This document shows positions 54,393 through 64,000 of a stretch of DNA of 64,000 nucleotides, one piece after another. A program made the translations under genes and the position numbers. The stretch covers positions 310,001 to 374,000 of the forward strand of contig AP039695.1 of assembly GCA_051599415.1 (NCBI GenBank), given 5' to 3'. The stretch's first letter is position 1. Every line of letters starts with the position of its first letter. The notes beneath the pieces were generated by a model. It was given only the letters and a program-made list of their open reading frames with translations, was not told the DNA's origin and did not search any database. The DNA comes from Savitreella phatthalungensis. Taxonomy: Eukaryota.

Positions 54393-55994
54393 ATGCCAAA
54401 CGAGGTTGCCTTGAATCAGGATAATATGCCAGGAGTCGGTCCCGGCGCGGCTACTTCAGCTGGCACAAGCGGCAATACACAACATGGCAAGAGCGTTCCA
54501 GCCTTTCTGCTAAAGCTTTTCAACATGGTCAATGACCACGCTACAGACGATCTCATCCGCTGGAACGAAGCTGGCGATTCGTTTTTGGTATCCCGGCATG
54601 AGGAATTCGCGAAAGAGCTCCTCCCACGTTACTACAAGCACAACAATTTTTCCTCCTTTGTACGTCAACTGAACATGTACGGCTTTCATAAGATACCGCA
54701 CATCGAGGACGCAACCTATCCTCGAGCGGAATCTGCCGTCTGGGAGTTCAGCAATGCCAACTTCCAGCGCGACCAACCAGATCTGCTATGCCTAGTGACG
54801 CGCAAGAAGTCTGGTGAAGGCGGCGACAGGGAGAGTCTTGACTTTCAAGCCATCATGAATGAGATACATGCCATCAAGCGTCACCAGATGACCATTTCAC
54901 AAGATCTGAAGCGCATTCAGATGGACAACCAGGCTCTTTGGCAAGAGCAAATCGATACAAGATCTCGGCATTCGAAACACCAGGAGACTATCGAGAAAAT
55001 TCTGTCTTTCTTGAGCTCAGTCTATGGTGGACAGAGATCTCCAGAGAAAATCATCAGACATAAGAAGCGCAAGCTTATGATCGAGCCCGACCCATCGCGC
55101 GTCCCAACCATGAATGGCGCACGCATCTTTGACGATGAGCACACACAGGAGACATTTGACGATATGTTCAAGTCTGTCGCTTCTTCCCCTAACCTTCGGC
55201 CTTTGCGCCGGCCTGTCACTGTTGAATCCGCGCGCCGCGCAAGCCATCGGGGGTCCTCTCCGGACGCCGCTTCCGCAGAAAAACGCTTCACGCTGCCGAA
55301 CTTCGATACGAGACAGCAGGCTGCAAGTAGCACCGCTGTACCACAGCAGATCAGGAACATGAACAAGAAGATGGCAACCGGTATTGTGCCAGAAGCTTTG
55401 CCATCAGACCAGAGCGCTGCGCCGCATCGAGTCCCCGCAGAGTCAGCGATGAATTCCATCATGCAATCCGCTACCGGGCTTCAGCAGGATACACCGCTCC
55501 TCACATATAAGCCTGTGACGCCGCGGCCGTCGATGGCCGCTGCAGGACCTGCATTGGACGATTTGGCTTCCACCGTTCAGGAAGGCTATACAGCAGCACA
55601 AGACCCTATAGCGTCTCGCCTGGCAGCGAACACAATGCGAGCCGGCTCTCTAGAGCAAGACTTGGCTCTGCAAGATCAAAATATTCAGACTTTAGCCTCT
55701 CTGCTTGGACTTGAGCCCAACAACATTGGATTGCTCGATCAGCTCGACCCTACATCGTACGATTTCGACCCATTAACCACCAGCTACGACAACAACGATC
55801 TTGACCGATACTTTGACGTGGGCAGCCTGGAAGGCGAGGAAGCCTCACGGACAGGCGATATCGCTAACGTTCCTACATCGCGTACTCCTGCTCCTGACAC
55901 GAATGCGCGGATAAGCAGCATCAATTCTACCCCAAGTACCGTGACAGGAGGTTCGCCACATCCTGACATTCCGGGCGAAGTGTCGAATGTGTAG
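54393..55994 (+). CDS. HSF1: Heat shock transcription factor
   Basis: [14 protein letters not shown]...[21 protein letters not shown]...[13 protein letters not shown]-binding domain, followed by HR-A/B ([22 protein letters not shown]...[12 protein letters not shown]). Confidence 0.95.
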   Translation: MPNEVALNQDNMPGVGPGAATSAGTSGNTQHGKSVPAFLLKLFNMVNDHATDDLIRWNEAGDSFLVSRHEEFAKELLPRYYKHNNFSSFVRQLNMYGFHKIPHIEDATYPRAESAVWEFSNANFQRDQPDLLCLVTRKKSGEGGDRESLDFQAIMNEIHAIKRHQMTISQDLKRIQMDNQALWQEQIDTRSRHSKHQETIEKILSFLSSVYGGQRSPEKIIRHKKRKLMIEPDPSRVPTMNGARIFDDEHTQETFDDMFKSVASSPNLRPLRRPVTVESARRASHRGSSPDAASAEKRFTLPNFDTRQQAASSTAVPQQIRNMNKKMATGIVPEALPSDQSAAPHRVPAESAMNSIMQSATGLQQDTPLLTYKPVTPRPSMAAAGPALDDLASTVQEGYTAAQDPIASRLAANTMRAGSLEQDLALQDQNIQTLASLLGLEPNNIGLLDQLDPTSYDFDPLTTSYDNNDLDRYFDVGSLEGEEASRTGDIANVPTSRTPAPDTNARISSINSTPSTVTGGSPHPDIPGEVSNV

Positions 55995-56496
55995 GATACA
56001 CGCGAACCTCTGCTAGGAAGTCCAGATAGCGTTGCTGTACCCTGCAACTATCGTGACGCTGTCGGCACCTCGGCGCCTCACATTCACATTCATACGAATA
56101 AGTTCACGAGTAAGTCCATCTGCAGGTGCGTTTGTGTCTTTTACATTTTACATGAACGAAGTCCGGCCAGATGACACGTGCACTTTCTGCTGTGAAAATC
56201 CATAGTGCCATAGGCAAGTATCATTGTACCGTATGTACTGTATATATGCCTGCGATTTGAAATCGAGACACCCCACCGGGTTGAATAATTTTGGACTTCT
56301 TTGAGCCACAAAAGTGATCAATATTTCGCCGTCTCACGGTCCGCCACGAGCCAACCTTTGCATTCTCGCTTCAGGGTCTACTGTCAGGCAATTCCCTACG
56401 AACCGCTAGCAGGCACTGGTCAATCGATACTGTCGTCCTTTAGAAAGAAGCCTTAGGCAGCATAGTCCTCTGTGTTCTTGCACGATTATCACAAAG

Positions 56497-56652
56497 GTAC
56501 GTGGCTCTCTCCTGGTACATTGCTTGCTACGAGTTCAAGGCGCGATGCAGCTCTGCGCGTGTCCTTTGGCGCCAGGTCGCCGAACGCGCACCGGGCGACT
56601 CGATCTAGCTGTCATGGACGCTATTGAGTATGTGACTGACAAATGACAGCAG
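56497..56652 (+). other. Predicted 5'-UTR intron of RPL43 (153 or 156 nt; CAGCAG acceptor)
   Basis: AAG|GTACGT donor at 56497, ACTGAC branch motif at 56635-56640, tandem CAG acceptors at 56649 and 56652 just before the ATG at 56655. Confidence 0.7.
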
Positions 56653-56654
56653 AA

Positions 56655-56933
56655 ATGGCAAAGCGCACGAGAAAGGTGGGCATCACCGGTAAGTATGGAA
56701 CCCGTTACGGTGCTTCACTGCGTAAGGACGTAAAGAAGATGGAAATCACACAACACGCACGCTACTCCTGCACGTTCTGCGGTCGTAACGCTGTCAAGAG
56801 GACCGTCGTCGGCATCTGGAAGTGCAGTGGCTGCCAGAAGAGCATGGCCGGCGGTGCATGGACCGTCTCGACCACCGCGGCTGCGACCGTCCGTTCGACC
56901 GTTCGTCGCCTTCGCGAGCTGGCAGAGGCATGA
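56655..56933 (+). CDS. RPL43: 60S ribosomal protein eL43 (L37a)
   Basis: [24 protein letters not shown]...CTFCG...GIWKCSGC zinc ribbon. Confidence 0.98.
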   Translation: MAKRTRKVGITGKYGTRYGASLRKDVKKMEITQHARYSCTFCGRNAVKRTVVGIWKCSGCQKSMAGGAWTVSTTAAATVRSTVRRLRELAEA

Positions 56934-57090
56934 GAGACCACACCAATACACATTGGATACGCTTCTTCCTCAGCTCCAACACAGTCAATCATATGCGGGC
57001 AGCTGGCAGGTATTTGTCAGCTCCAATGCTATAGTGAGAGAATTCATGAATTGCGATGTACTCCAGCAGACATGTTCACCAGGACCTGCC

Positions 57091-57798
57091 TCATCGCATG
57101 TGTTCTGGGAGTGTTCGCTTCTCCTTTTGAGAGCGCTTTTTGCGTCGTGCTTGCATGTACTGCTCCACTTTATGTTCACTTCCCAGACGCTCAAATTTAT
57201 CGCGCAGCAGGGCTTCGCGTTTTGCGCTCTCCTTCAAATGGTATGGCCGCTTGTTCAAGGCGACATGAGCGCTGCGCTCCTTCGCTTTGTATCTTTGTAA
57301 AACATCTGCCTGATGGTCGCGGTCTTTGCGGGCAGCATCGCGTGACGCCAGAGAACGAATCGTGCGTTCGAGCTCAGCTTTCTCTGCCGTGTTCTCCGTC
57401 TTGCCAGCTTGTGCCTGTAACAATTGCAGCTCATCGTTTCGATAGTCCTTCAAAAAGCCGTACCGGGAATCGTCGATCTTTGCAATCACCGGTGCCGCTG
57501 TCTTGTCACTGAGGGCAGCATTGACACGCGGATCGCGGCGCTCAAGGCTCTGCGTTGCTGCAACGATCCTACGTCGTGTCACAGGTTTTGTTGCTGAGGT
57601 CTCCATTGGGGCGTGCTTGTCTTCACGCTTGCGCTTACGACCTTGCTGCACATCTCTGGTCGCTTCGCGCACCAGTGCTCGAGCTCGAGCGAGCTCTGCC
57701 ATGCGGTCCCTCCGAGACACTCCTAGGACATCGATACTCTGTAAGACTTCCTTGCCATTAAGCCCATCTGTTTGCACACTTGTCTCGTCTCTTGTCAT
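57091..57798 (-). CDS. RRP36: rRNA biogenesis protein Rrp36
   Basis: KHAPMETSATKPVTRRR, RDPR, YGFLKDYRNDE, KRPYHLKES, KFERL...YMQARRKK. Confidence 0.85.
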   Translation of the reverse strand: MTRDETSVQTDGLNGKEVLQSIDVLGVSRRDRMAELARARALVREATRDVQQGRKRKREDKHAPMETSATKPVTRRRIVAATQSLERRDPRVNAALSDKTAAPVIAKIDDSRYGFLKDYRNDELQLLQAQAGKTENTAEKAELERTIRSLASRDAARKDRDHQADVLQRYKAKERSAHVALNKRPYHLKESAKREALLRDKFERLGSEHKVEQYMQARRKKRSQKEKRTLPEHMR

Positions 57799-58051
57799 CG
57801 CATAAGCCAGACCTTCTCGCCCGTCAGACGCGCTTATACGAAATGCCTTTTGTGTGACGCAGCCTTAATATGACTTATGTTGCAATGAAGTATAGCTATA
57901 TATAGTCGACATGTCAATCTACACGTGCTCGTCTTAGCATGACTATCTGTACGTGTCGACGAACCGAGATGAAGACCAGAGAACATGCCCGGGCCTGTGG
58001 CAACGACCAGACCGCTCATCGCGATTTGTGCATCAGTCCAGGTCGTTGATA

Positions 58052-58153
58052 CATTGCATACGCTCGGGCTTCTCCAACGGTCCATGAGAATTCATCGATA
58101 CCATTGCATACGCTCGGGCTTCTCCAACGGTCCATGAGAATTAATCGATACCA
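58052..58153. repeat. Tandem duplication, 50-nt period, two copies, one mismatch
   Basis: cattgcatacgctcgggcttctccaacggtccatgagaatt(c/a)atcgatac occurs at 58052 and 58102. Confidence 0.97.
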
Positions 58154-58256
58154 ATTACAGCTTCGTTGCTGAAATGTCTCAGCATTCTCAGAGCAATCAT
58201 GACCGAGCTTCGCTGAAGCACTACTATCTAAGTCGTTCAGCTGATGACGAGTGGCT

Positions 58257-59164
58257 TCATAGTTCTTCGTCATTATCATCTACAGCGGAATCCGCTGAAT
58301 TTTCCAATTGCGACTCAGCCTGAACGGACATTTCATCTGCACTTAGGTCGGGCTTCGGCGACTCGTCTCTTTTCCCGAATGTCTGCGGAAACCCTCCTTC
58401 AGAGCCATCTCCATCGACATTGATCAATTCGTGCCTAGCTCTCTGCATTGTGCGTGAGCCAGCATCTCGAGAAGACTTTGAGCTGCTTGAAATAGGACTC
58501 TCAATATACTCGAGACGAGCCATTTGGCGTATCAGGAGCTTCCGTCCATCAGCGACATCCTGTCTGACAAATTCAACTGCTCGACGGTCGGAGTCTCGTT
58601 GCTTCTGAAGCTTTTCGAGGAGGTCTGACCGAGCTTGAGAGTCCTTGTTCGCCCTTGCCAAGGCGTTTACGAGTCCGCAGCAGGTGTCAAACAGGTCGAG
58701 CTCGATCTGTTGGGTCGAGTTAGTCATAGTATCGCGAGATTAGACGTCTGCATACGTCATGTTGCGACAGCTTCATTTCCCCGTACTTCAAAGGAATGCG
58801 ACCTGTCCGACGAATGATTAAGCGCATAGTGTTCTGTTCTTCGAGAGCGAGCATTTCAGATTCGTCTGTGCCGATCCCCTCGAGGTGCAGCTTGAGCCTG
58901 CGAGACCATTGCGCCGGGTCTTCTCGTCGAGCTCCGTCCTGAGAGGCGCTGACAACGTCGTGAGTCCCTTGTACTCGTCAGTGATCAGCTAACGACTTAC
59001 TTCGACATACAATTGGCGCTCCAGGTCAGTAGTCCGTCTGTGGCTATGCTGAAGTATGAGCCGTTTTCACGCGCATTTGTCAACAACAGAAGCTGATGAG
59101 TGTTCGAGCCTCTGCGTAAATCCACGCAAGCGTGTAACGACGACGTGTTTTTGTGAGCGCTCAT
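58257..59164 (-). CDS. XRCC4-superfamily NHEJ protein; exons 59164-59011, 58967-58756, 58706-58257
   Basis: Introns 59010-58968 (GTATGT...CACTGAC...AAG) and 58755-58707 (GTATGC...GACTAAC...CAG) give an open frame ...FSIATDGLLTWSANW...QWSRRLKLHLEG...MRLIIRRTGRIPLKYGEMKL...IELDLFD, followed by a coiled coil and acidic tail. Confidence 0.65.
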
Positions 59165-59426
59165 GCCAACCGCGGCATTTCAACGAGGTTGTATCTGGTT
59201 GGCTGCTACCTGGGCGATATATTCAGAGGACGATCGGTAGTGTGGGCGCAATATCAAATCAGTGTGATCTCTTTTTCTTATGTTTTGAGGTCCGGGCGAA
59301 CGCTGCGCGAAGTGGGGGCACCATTCTTGTGCAGGGTTGCACACGCTCGATATTGTAGAAGAGCGGGACATCAAGGCTGCGAAGCTCAGGTCAGTGACGC
59401 TGACGCATCCCTCCCGGCATCGCTCA

Positions 59427-60980
59427 ATGCAAACGACCCAAAGCTCGAGTCACACAGGTCCACAGCTACTTGCAGCTCGCTCCGTGATCAACGAATCGGA
59501 CACAGCGAGGCGAGTCGCTCAGCGGCGATATATCAGCCCTGTACAGCTTCGTCAGATTGAGGCTTGGCAGCAGCAGCAGCGCGCAGTCGAGTCGCAGGAA
59601 TTTGAAGACGCATTTGACGATCTCGGCCAACAGCTCGAATATGCGAAGAGGCAGTCTAGGCTCCAAGATCAAAGGTGTGAACATTCAAGTAGCCCTCATG
59701 CGCGTCGGGCCGTAGAATCGGGCTGGCGAGACCATGCGTCAATGGATGCTTCGTCATTCTGCTCGCCAAAGAGATATGCTGCGCGTCTATCAATTGCGTC
59801 GTCTGCCCATTCTGGCTCATTGACGTCTGCAAGCGACAGCGAGCGCGTCCAGATCGATCAGCTCTCGATCGACTCCGGGCCGCAAGACCTCCGCCAGCGT
59901 CTTCATCTGACGAAGCGCAAGCGGGCATCACGAAATCTCCGTCGGGATGAGATGACCTGCGTAGCTCAATCTGCGCTCGGAGCTGAACCATCATCGGCGG
60001 TTCGCGACGATATTTGGGAGGGACTCGAAGTCGGCGATGAATTGTGCTTCGCCTCGCGCTTCTCGGGTATATCGCAGCTTGAGTCGAAGCCTAAGCCGGA
60101 TACGCAATCGGGTTTCTGCGAGCTGGATACGCAGCGCACGTTGCGCATAGTCTCGAGCCCGTCGCGTCATAACATCAGAGACGAGACACTTCGACCACAT
60201 GCATTGCGAGGGTCAGCGACCATCCGGCATACTCGAGCAAAAACGACAGCGGATCACTCCTTATACGAGAATCTACCGACGGTCAGCAACTTAAAAGAAC
60301 GAACTGCGCCGGAAAAAGAGAGGCTACTACGCCGATATGCAGACGAGCAGCCGGAAGAGCACAAGCACGCTACTCTCCGGAATCCAGCAGCGACCCGTCC
60401 GAAACCACAAACTGGTGTACACAGGAAGGACCGTCCGCGAGGTTTGCCGTCACTGATATCCAATTTTAACATCACGAACTCGGCACGCAAAATCAACGAC
60501 ATGGCGTACGATCCAATCGAGCAGAAATGGGTGGGTAATGAGGTTGATGCCTGTGTTTTTGACGAACAGTCCTCCCGTCGACGCAGGCTTGGGGCCATCG
60601 TGCCGGAGAGCATAACATCACACAACATGTTATTCGACAACAAGGCCATGCGCTGGGTATGTGCTCCTGGCACGAAGATCGAACCGGATCCCTTTCAAGA
60701 AGCTGACGCCGACGATTCGCCGAATGTTCGAAGCGACCGGCAACGAGCCACGGGAGTGTCCGGTGAGCAGTCTACTTCGTCGAAAGCGACTTCCGGAACA
60801 ATGGCCATCACCGACTGTTTCGCACTTGGCGAGGAGTTCGACGTCGGTCCCGCTTTTGTTCGGCGGCAACGGGAGGCACACCATACATGGGCCTCACGGA
60901 TACGTGGCTGGATCGTCGCGCGTGATGAAACGGTGCGCCGGGCCGACTTGTGGCAACTTTTCAGATTGCTACACGAATAA
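59427..60980 (+). CDS. byr4: Byr4/Bfa1-family SIN/MEN inhibitor (two-component GAP scaffold); start uncertain
   Basis: Imperfect repeats MAYDPIEQKWVGNE and MLFDNKAMRW, DPF motif, EEFDVGPAFVRRQRE...W...IRGW. Confidence 0.8.
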   Translation: MQTTQSSSHTGPQLLAARSVINESDTARRVAQRRYISPVQLRQIEAWQQQQRAVESQEFEDAFDDLGQQLEYAKRQSRLQDQRCEHSSSPHARRAVESGWRDHASMDASSFCSPKRYAARLSIASSAHSGSLTSASDSERVQIDQLSIDSGPQDLRQRLHLTKRKRASRNLRRDEMTCVAQSALGAEPSSAVRDDIWEGLEVGDELCFASRFSGISQLESKPKPDTQSGFCELDTQRTLRIVSSPSRHNIRDETLRPHALRGSATIRHTRAKTTADHSLYENLPTVSNLKERTAPEKERLLRRYADEQPEEHKHATLRNPAATRPKPQTGVHRKDRPRGLPSLISNFNITNSARKINDMAYDPIEQKWVGNEVDACVFDEQSSRRRRLGAIVPESITSHNMLFDNKAMRWVCAPGTKIEPDPFQEADADDSPNVRSDRQRATGVSGEQSTSSKATSGTMAITDCFALGEEFDVGPAFVRRQREAHHTWASRIRGWIVARDETVRRADLWQLFRLLHE

Positions 60981-60998
60981 ACCTCATCGGTGTTGATG

Positions 60999-61682
60999 CT
61001 ATGGCAGCTCGAATTTCTGCCCACGCAACACCCTGTGGATGGTCAGTCTGGGCAAGACGGTGCGCTGTCACTGGACTTACTTTGTTGCATAGATGTAGAA
61101 AAAGTCAGCATAAAGAGCCGTTTGAATGAGTCCGGCAAAAATGGCGATCGGGTCGAGATGATTCTCGGACACATATCGCCAGATCCAGTTAGGCACATAG
61201 AGGCCCCTGTAGATGCCAAGTGCAAACAGGTAATGAGTCGTGACGTTTTCAGCCTCTCCTGTTCGCTGAACAAGAAGCAGCTGCGGCAGAATGGCAACGG
61301 ACTCTAGCCAAATGCTGAAAGACCACACGACTTCAGCAGGAGTGTAGCGATACGTGAAGATAAGCGAAGCCACACCTGCTCCTGCAAGAATGTATCGAAC
61401 CCGGAACGTATCGATCTTCATGTCGTTTGTCGGGCGGAACTTGACTCGCATGAGGAAGAGGATGTAGCCTTGAGCGGCTATGAAGAAGACCTTCATGAGG
61501 GAGTTGTACACGGAGACGAATTCCCATAGAAGATCGATGTAGCGAGACACGTAAACGAGCATGTACAGCGCCTGTGACTTGAACGAGATGCCAGCGCAAG
61601 ATCGAGAGATGCGCATCTGGTGGATGAGAAGGAATATGCTGACCAGATGGCTTACATCTGCCACGAAGCGGAACGGGTTCAT
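60999..61682 (-). CDS. ERD2: ER lumen protein retaining (HDEL/KDEL) receptor; exons 61682-61081, 61032-60999
   Basis: MNPFRFVADVSHL, SCAGISFKSQ, WSFSIWLESVAILPQL, LYADFFYIY; intron 61080-61033 restores the tail KVLRGQKFELP. Confidence 0.97.
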
Positions 61683-61853
61683 ATGAGTCACCTGGCACTG
61701 GTCGATGTGCCCAATGAGGTCGATCAGACTTGTGTATGTGTCGGTGTGCTGTTATGAACACGGGTTCGATCGTGTTCAGATGCGTAACATTTGGTACTTG
61801 GGCACGTACACATGTAAAATTCACGCCCATATCACTTGTGTTGTCAACGCGTC

Positions 61854-62558
61854 ATGAGCCACGGCCCGGACGCGCTTTCTTTCTACAGCTCGAGCTATAG
61901 CTCATCTGCCAATGCGGCATTTGGCGTAGGCGTTGGCAATGCATATGACGGTCCTGCAACAGCAGATCTCGACACATATCCCACAGGTTGGATTGCAGCT
62001 CTGACTGCCGCAGGTTACGATGGCGAAAAAAGCCTTCTCGAGGAGCTTGGCGTCAACTTCAACCACATAAAGGTCAAGACATTGACTGTGCTCAATCCGA
62101 TGGGCCGCATCGATAACCACATCATGGACGACACCGACTTGTTCGGACCCTTACTCTTCTGCGTGCTATTTGGTTTCGTCCTCCTCATTTCTGGCAAAGT
62201 CCACTTCGGGTACGTCTATGGTTGTGCTCTACTTGGCTGCATTACTCTGCACACGATCCTCTCGTTGATGAGCACCACATCCACAAACTTCAGCCGGACA
62301 GCGAGCGTCTTGGGCTACTGCCTGTTGCCAATTGTCGCTGCATCTTGCATTGGTGCTGTGATTAGCATGGACGGTATGCTCGGCTACACAACCACTGGCT
62401 TGGCCGTCTTCTGGAGCACGTTCTCGGCATCAGCTATTTTTGTGGCCGTGCTTCAGATGACTGATATGCGGTTACTCATCGCGTATCCTATCGCACTTTT
62501 CTACTCTATCTTCGCACTCCTGACACTTTTCGCTGAAAGAGTGGACACACGCAGTTGA
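61854..62558 (+). CDS. YIP1: Yip1 (Ypt-interacting ER-Golgi membrane protein)
   Basis: LLEELGVNFNHIKVKTLTVLNP, DDTDLFGP, GKVHFGYVYG, SVLGYCLLP, LIAYP. Confidence 0.93.
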   Translation: MSHGPDALSFYSSSYSSSANAAFGVGVGNAYDGPATADLDTYPTGWIAALTAAGYDGEKSLLEELGVNFNHIKVKTLTVLNPMGRIDNHIMDDTDLFGPLLFCVLFGFVLLISGKVHFGYVYGCALLGCITLHTILSLMSTTSTNFSRTASVLGYCLLPIVAASCIGAVISMDGMLGYTTTGLAVFWSTFSASAIFVAVLQMTDMRLLIAYPIALFYSIFALLTLFAERVDTRS

Positions 62559-62588
62559 AAATCGAAAAGTTTCCGATCTCGACACCAA

Positions 62589-64000
62589 TCATGATGAGCA
62601 CGAGCACTGAAGACCACTTGAACCCTTCGGTGGCGGCATGAAGAAGCGGCGAAGGTCTGGTGAAACATCATCCGCTTCCACCTCAAACGGCCGACAGGCC
62701 AAATCGAGTACGGCTGGAATGATGTTGCAATCCTTGTCCTTCTCTACCCTTCTGATGATATCATCCAGAATCCAGCCTCTGAGCACAAAGCTTTGATTAT
62801 GCGACCGAAGCAGTGCTGATCTTTTCTTGTCGATGCTTAAACCCTGTCGCACATTTGCCGCAATGTAGCGTTGTAGCCAAGCCTCGAGGTCTAGTCTGAG
62901 CTGTTCTGAAACATCACTGGAAGGCTTCAATTTCCGGGTTAAGGAGGCCACGTCAAGCGATTCATCGGACAGAGCCCGAAAAAATATATGGAAATCCAGC
63001 TCGTGCAACTCCATGATGTCGAGGAGATCGCTAAGCACAGCGAAATCTGCGTCCGTGTCGAGCTGCATGCCAAGCTTTTTGCTCATGCGCAGTTTGTATT
63101 CTGCCGAAAACGTGTTCTTGAATTCCACGGCTCGTTCCATGATGAGCTTTTCTGCATGCGTCAAAATCTCATCGAGAGCGTCAGGAGGCTCTTGCCGCGA
63201 CAAGAAGGCTTCTTCCGCGAAGAGCTTATCGACACCATCGGCAGCGCCCATCAACTCGCCGAGGGCTTCGCCCAACCGCAAGCAATTCCACCAGAGAATC
63301 GTTGGCTGCATCTTATATGAATAGCGAAGATTACCATCGTCGTGATTCGGTGTGTACGAAGAGTCGAACGTGTCCATAAAAGCGAATGGGCCGTAATCCA
63401 TGCTAAGACCGAAGATACTCGTATTGTCGGTGTTCAGGACCCCATTCATGAAACCAAAGGCCTGCATATACGATGCCAGTTTTGCGGTTCGATGGACAAT
63501 CTCTCGATAGAGACGTAGATACCGATTGCCCTGATGCCTATCTTGGGCGGAGGCTATCAGATTGTGCTCTCCTCCAAAAACATGCTCGATAGAATAGTCG
63601 GCAAGAGCCTTGGTTAGACGACGATCTCCACGCCTCCGCGCGAGATCGAATGTCCCGAAGCGCAGCCAAGTCTGCGCTGCGCGAAGAACCATAGCACATG
63701 GCTCGATTCGCTCACGTAGTGCCGAGCGGTCCGGTAAAGAGACCAACGCAAGTGCGCGCGTTGTCGGCACTCCCAAAGCATGCAGATGTTCGGAGACCAG
63801 GAACTCGCGAATCGAAGAACGCAATACAGCATTGCCGTCGGCGAATCGCGAGTATGGCGTCATGCCTGCGCCTTTTAATTGCCACTCGTAACGCTGCTTG
63901 CCGGACGCCTGAGCTTCGAAAAGTGATATAGCTCGACCATCACCAAGCTGGCCAGCCCACTGTCCAAATTGATATCCACCGTAACACTGCGCCCATGGAT
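62589..64000 (-). CDS. FMP40: SelO/Fmp40 protein adenylyltransferase (5' end beyond window)
   Basis: Frame is open to the window edge: WAQCYGGYQFGQWAGQLGDGRAIS...QLKGAGMTPYSRFADGNAVLRSSIREFL, GVLNTDN, DYGPFAF, C-terminal CSCSS. Confidence 0.96.
   Translation of the reverse strand, partial: PWAQCYGGYQFGQWAGQLGDGRAISLFEAQASGKQRYEWQLKGAGMTPYSRFADGNAVLRSSIREFLVSEHLHALGVPTTRALALVSLPDRSALRERIEPCAMVLRAAQTWLRFGTFDLARRRGDRRLTKALADYSIEHVFGGEHNLIASAQDRHQGNRYLRLYREIVHRTAKLASYMQAFGFMNGVLNTDNTSIFGLSMDYGPFAFMDTFDSSYTPNHDDGNLRYSYKMQPTILWWNCLRLGEALGELMGAADGVDKLFAEEAFLSRQEPPDALDEILTHAEKLIMERAVEFKNTFSAEYKLRMSKKLGMQLDTDADFAVLSDLLDIMELHELDFHIFFRALSDESLDVASLTRKLKPSSDVSEQLRLDLEAWLQRYIAANVRQGLSIDKKRSALLRSHNQSFVLRGWILDDIIRRVEKDKDCNIIPAVLDLACRPFEVEADDVSPDLRRFFMPPPKGSSGLQCSCSS

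Noticed and set aside
56631..56638. Perfect inverse Homol-D (TGTGACTG) near RPL43
   Set aside because: It overlaps the predicted branch point inside the intron, so it is better explained by the splice signal.
58052..58153. Direct repeat as a CRISPR-like array or transposon terminus
   Set aside because: Only two abutting copies, no spacers, no transposase or cas genes, eukaryotic context.
58800..58890. Suspected frameshift at the GGGG run in the XRCC4-like exon 2
   Set aside because: Base-by-base rereading shows a continuous frame (LEGIGTDESEMLALEEQNTMRLIIRR); exon 2 is 212 nt and phase-compatible with both introns.
62589..62606. SelO ending in TGA as a possible selenoprotein
   Set aside because: The codons are TGC TCG TGC TCA TCA TGA. 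The Sec-equivalent position is an ordinary Cys, and TGA follows the normal CSCSS end of fungal Fmp40.

Overview
Gene-dense eukaryotic (fungal) genomic DNA, not prokaryotic or viral. It has very short spliceosomal introns (43-58 nt in coding regions, GT...CTRAC...YAG/AAG). Fission-yeast-like gene types (Pdc1/EDC4, Byr4, caprin-like, Apc15) suggest an ascomycete, possibly Taphrinomycotina; this is an inference. About 33 protein-coding genes can be read, mostly conserved housekeeping genes: RPL19, RFC3, an LRR/BC-box protein, MAK10, QCR2, RPC82, a peroxisomal carrier, DYS1, a SulP transporter, fimbrin, Rab11, ADK1, EB1/Mal3, caprin-like, Pdc1/EDC4, a Pumilio protein, H2A.Z, striatin, Rab1, Apc15, YME2, an SDR, Sae2/Ctp1-like, APC10, a Nudix hydrolase, Hook-like, HSF1, RPL43, RRP36, XRCC4-like, Byr4, ERD2, YIP1 and a 5'-truncated SelO/FMP40. 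I saw no transposon, CRISPR array, tRNA or rRNA, and I cannot demonstrate a wholly new system. The best leads are: (1) a three-exon XRCC4-family gene mostly missed by the ORF track, whose Lig4-binding segment looks degenerate; (2) a Sae2/Ctp1-like protein lacking the CxxC and RHR motifs; (3) a ~240-aa RS/mixed-charge insertion in Pol III subunit Rpc82; (4) three adjacent mRNP-granule genes (caprin-like, Pdc1, Puf); (5) an LRRC58-like LRR-BC-box-Cys protein; (6) an SDR with a probable mitochondrial presequence whose coding DNA contains TATA boxes; (7) recurrent 5'-UTR introns, one creating a spliced uORF. All gene identities come from motif recognition by eye, not from database searches.
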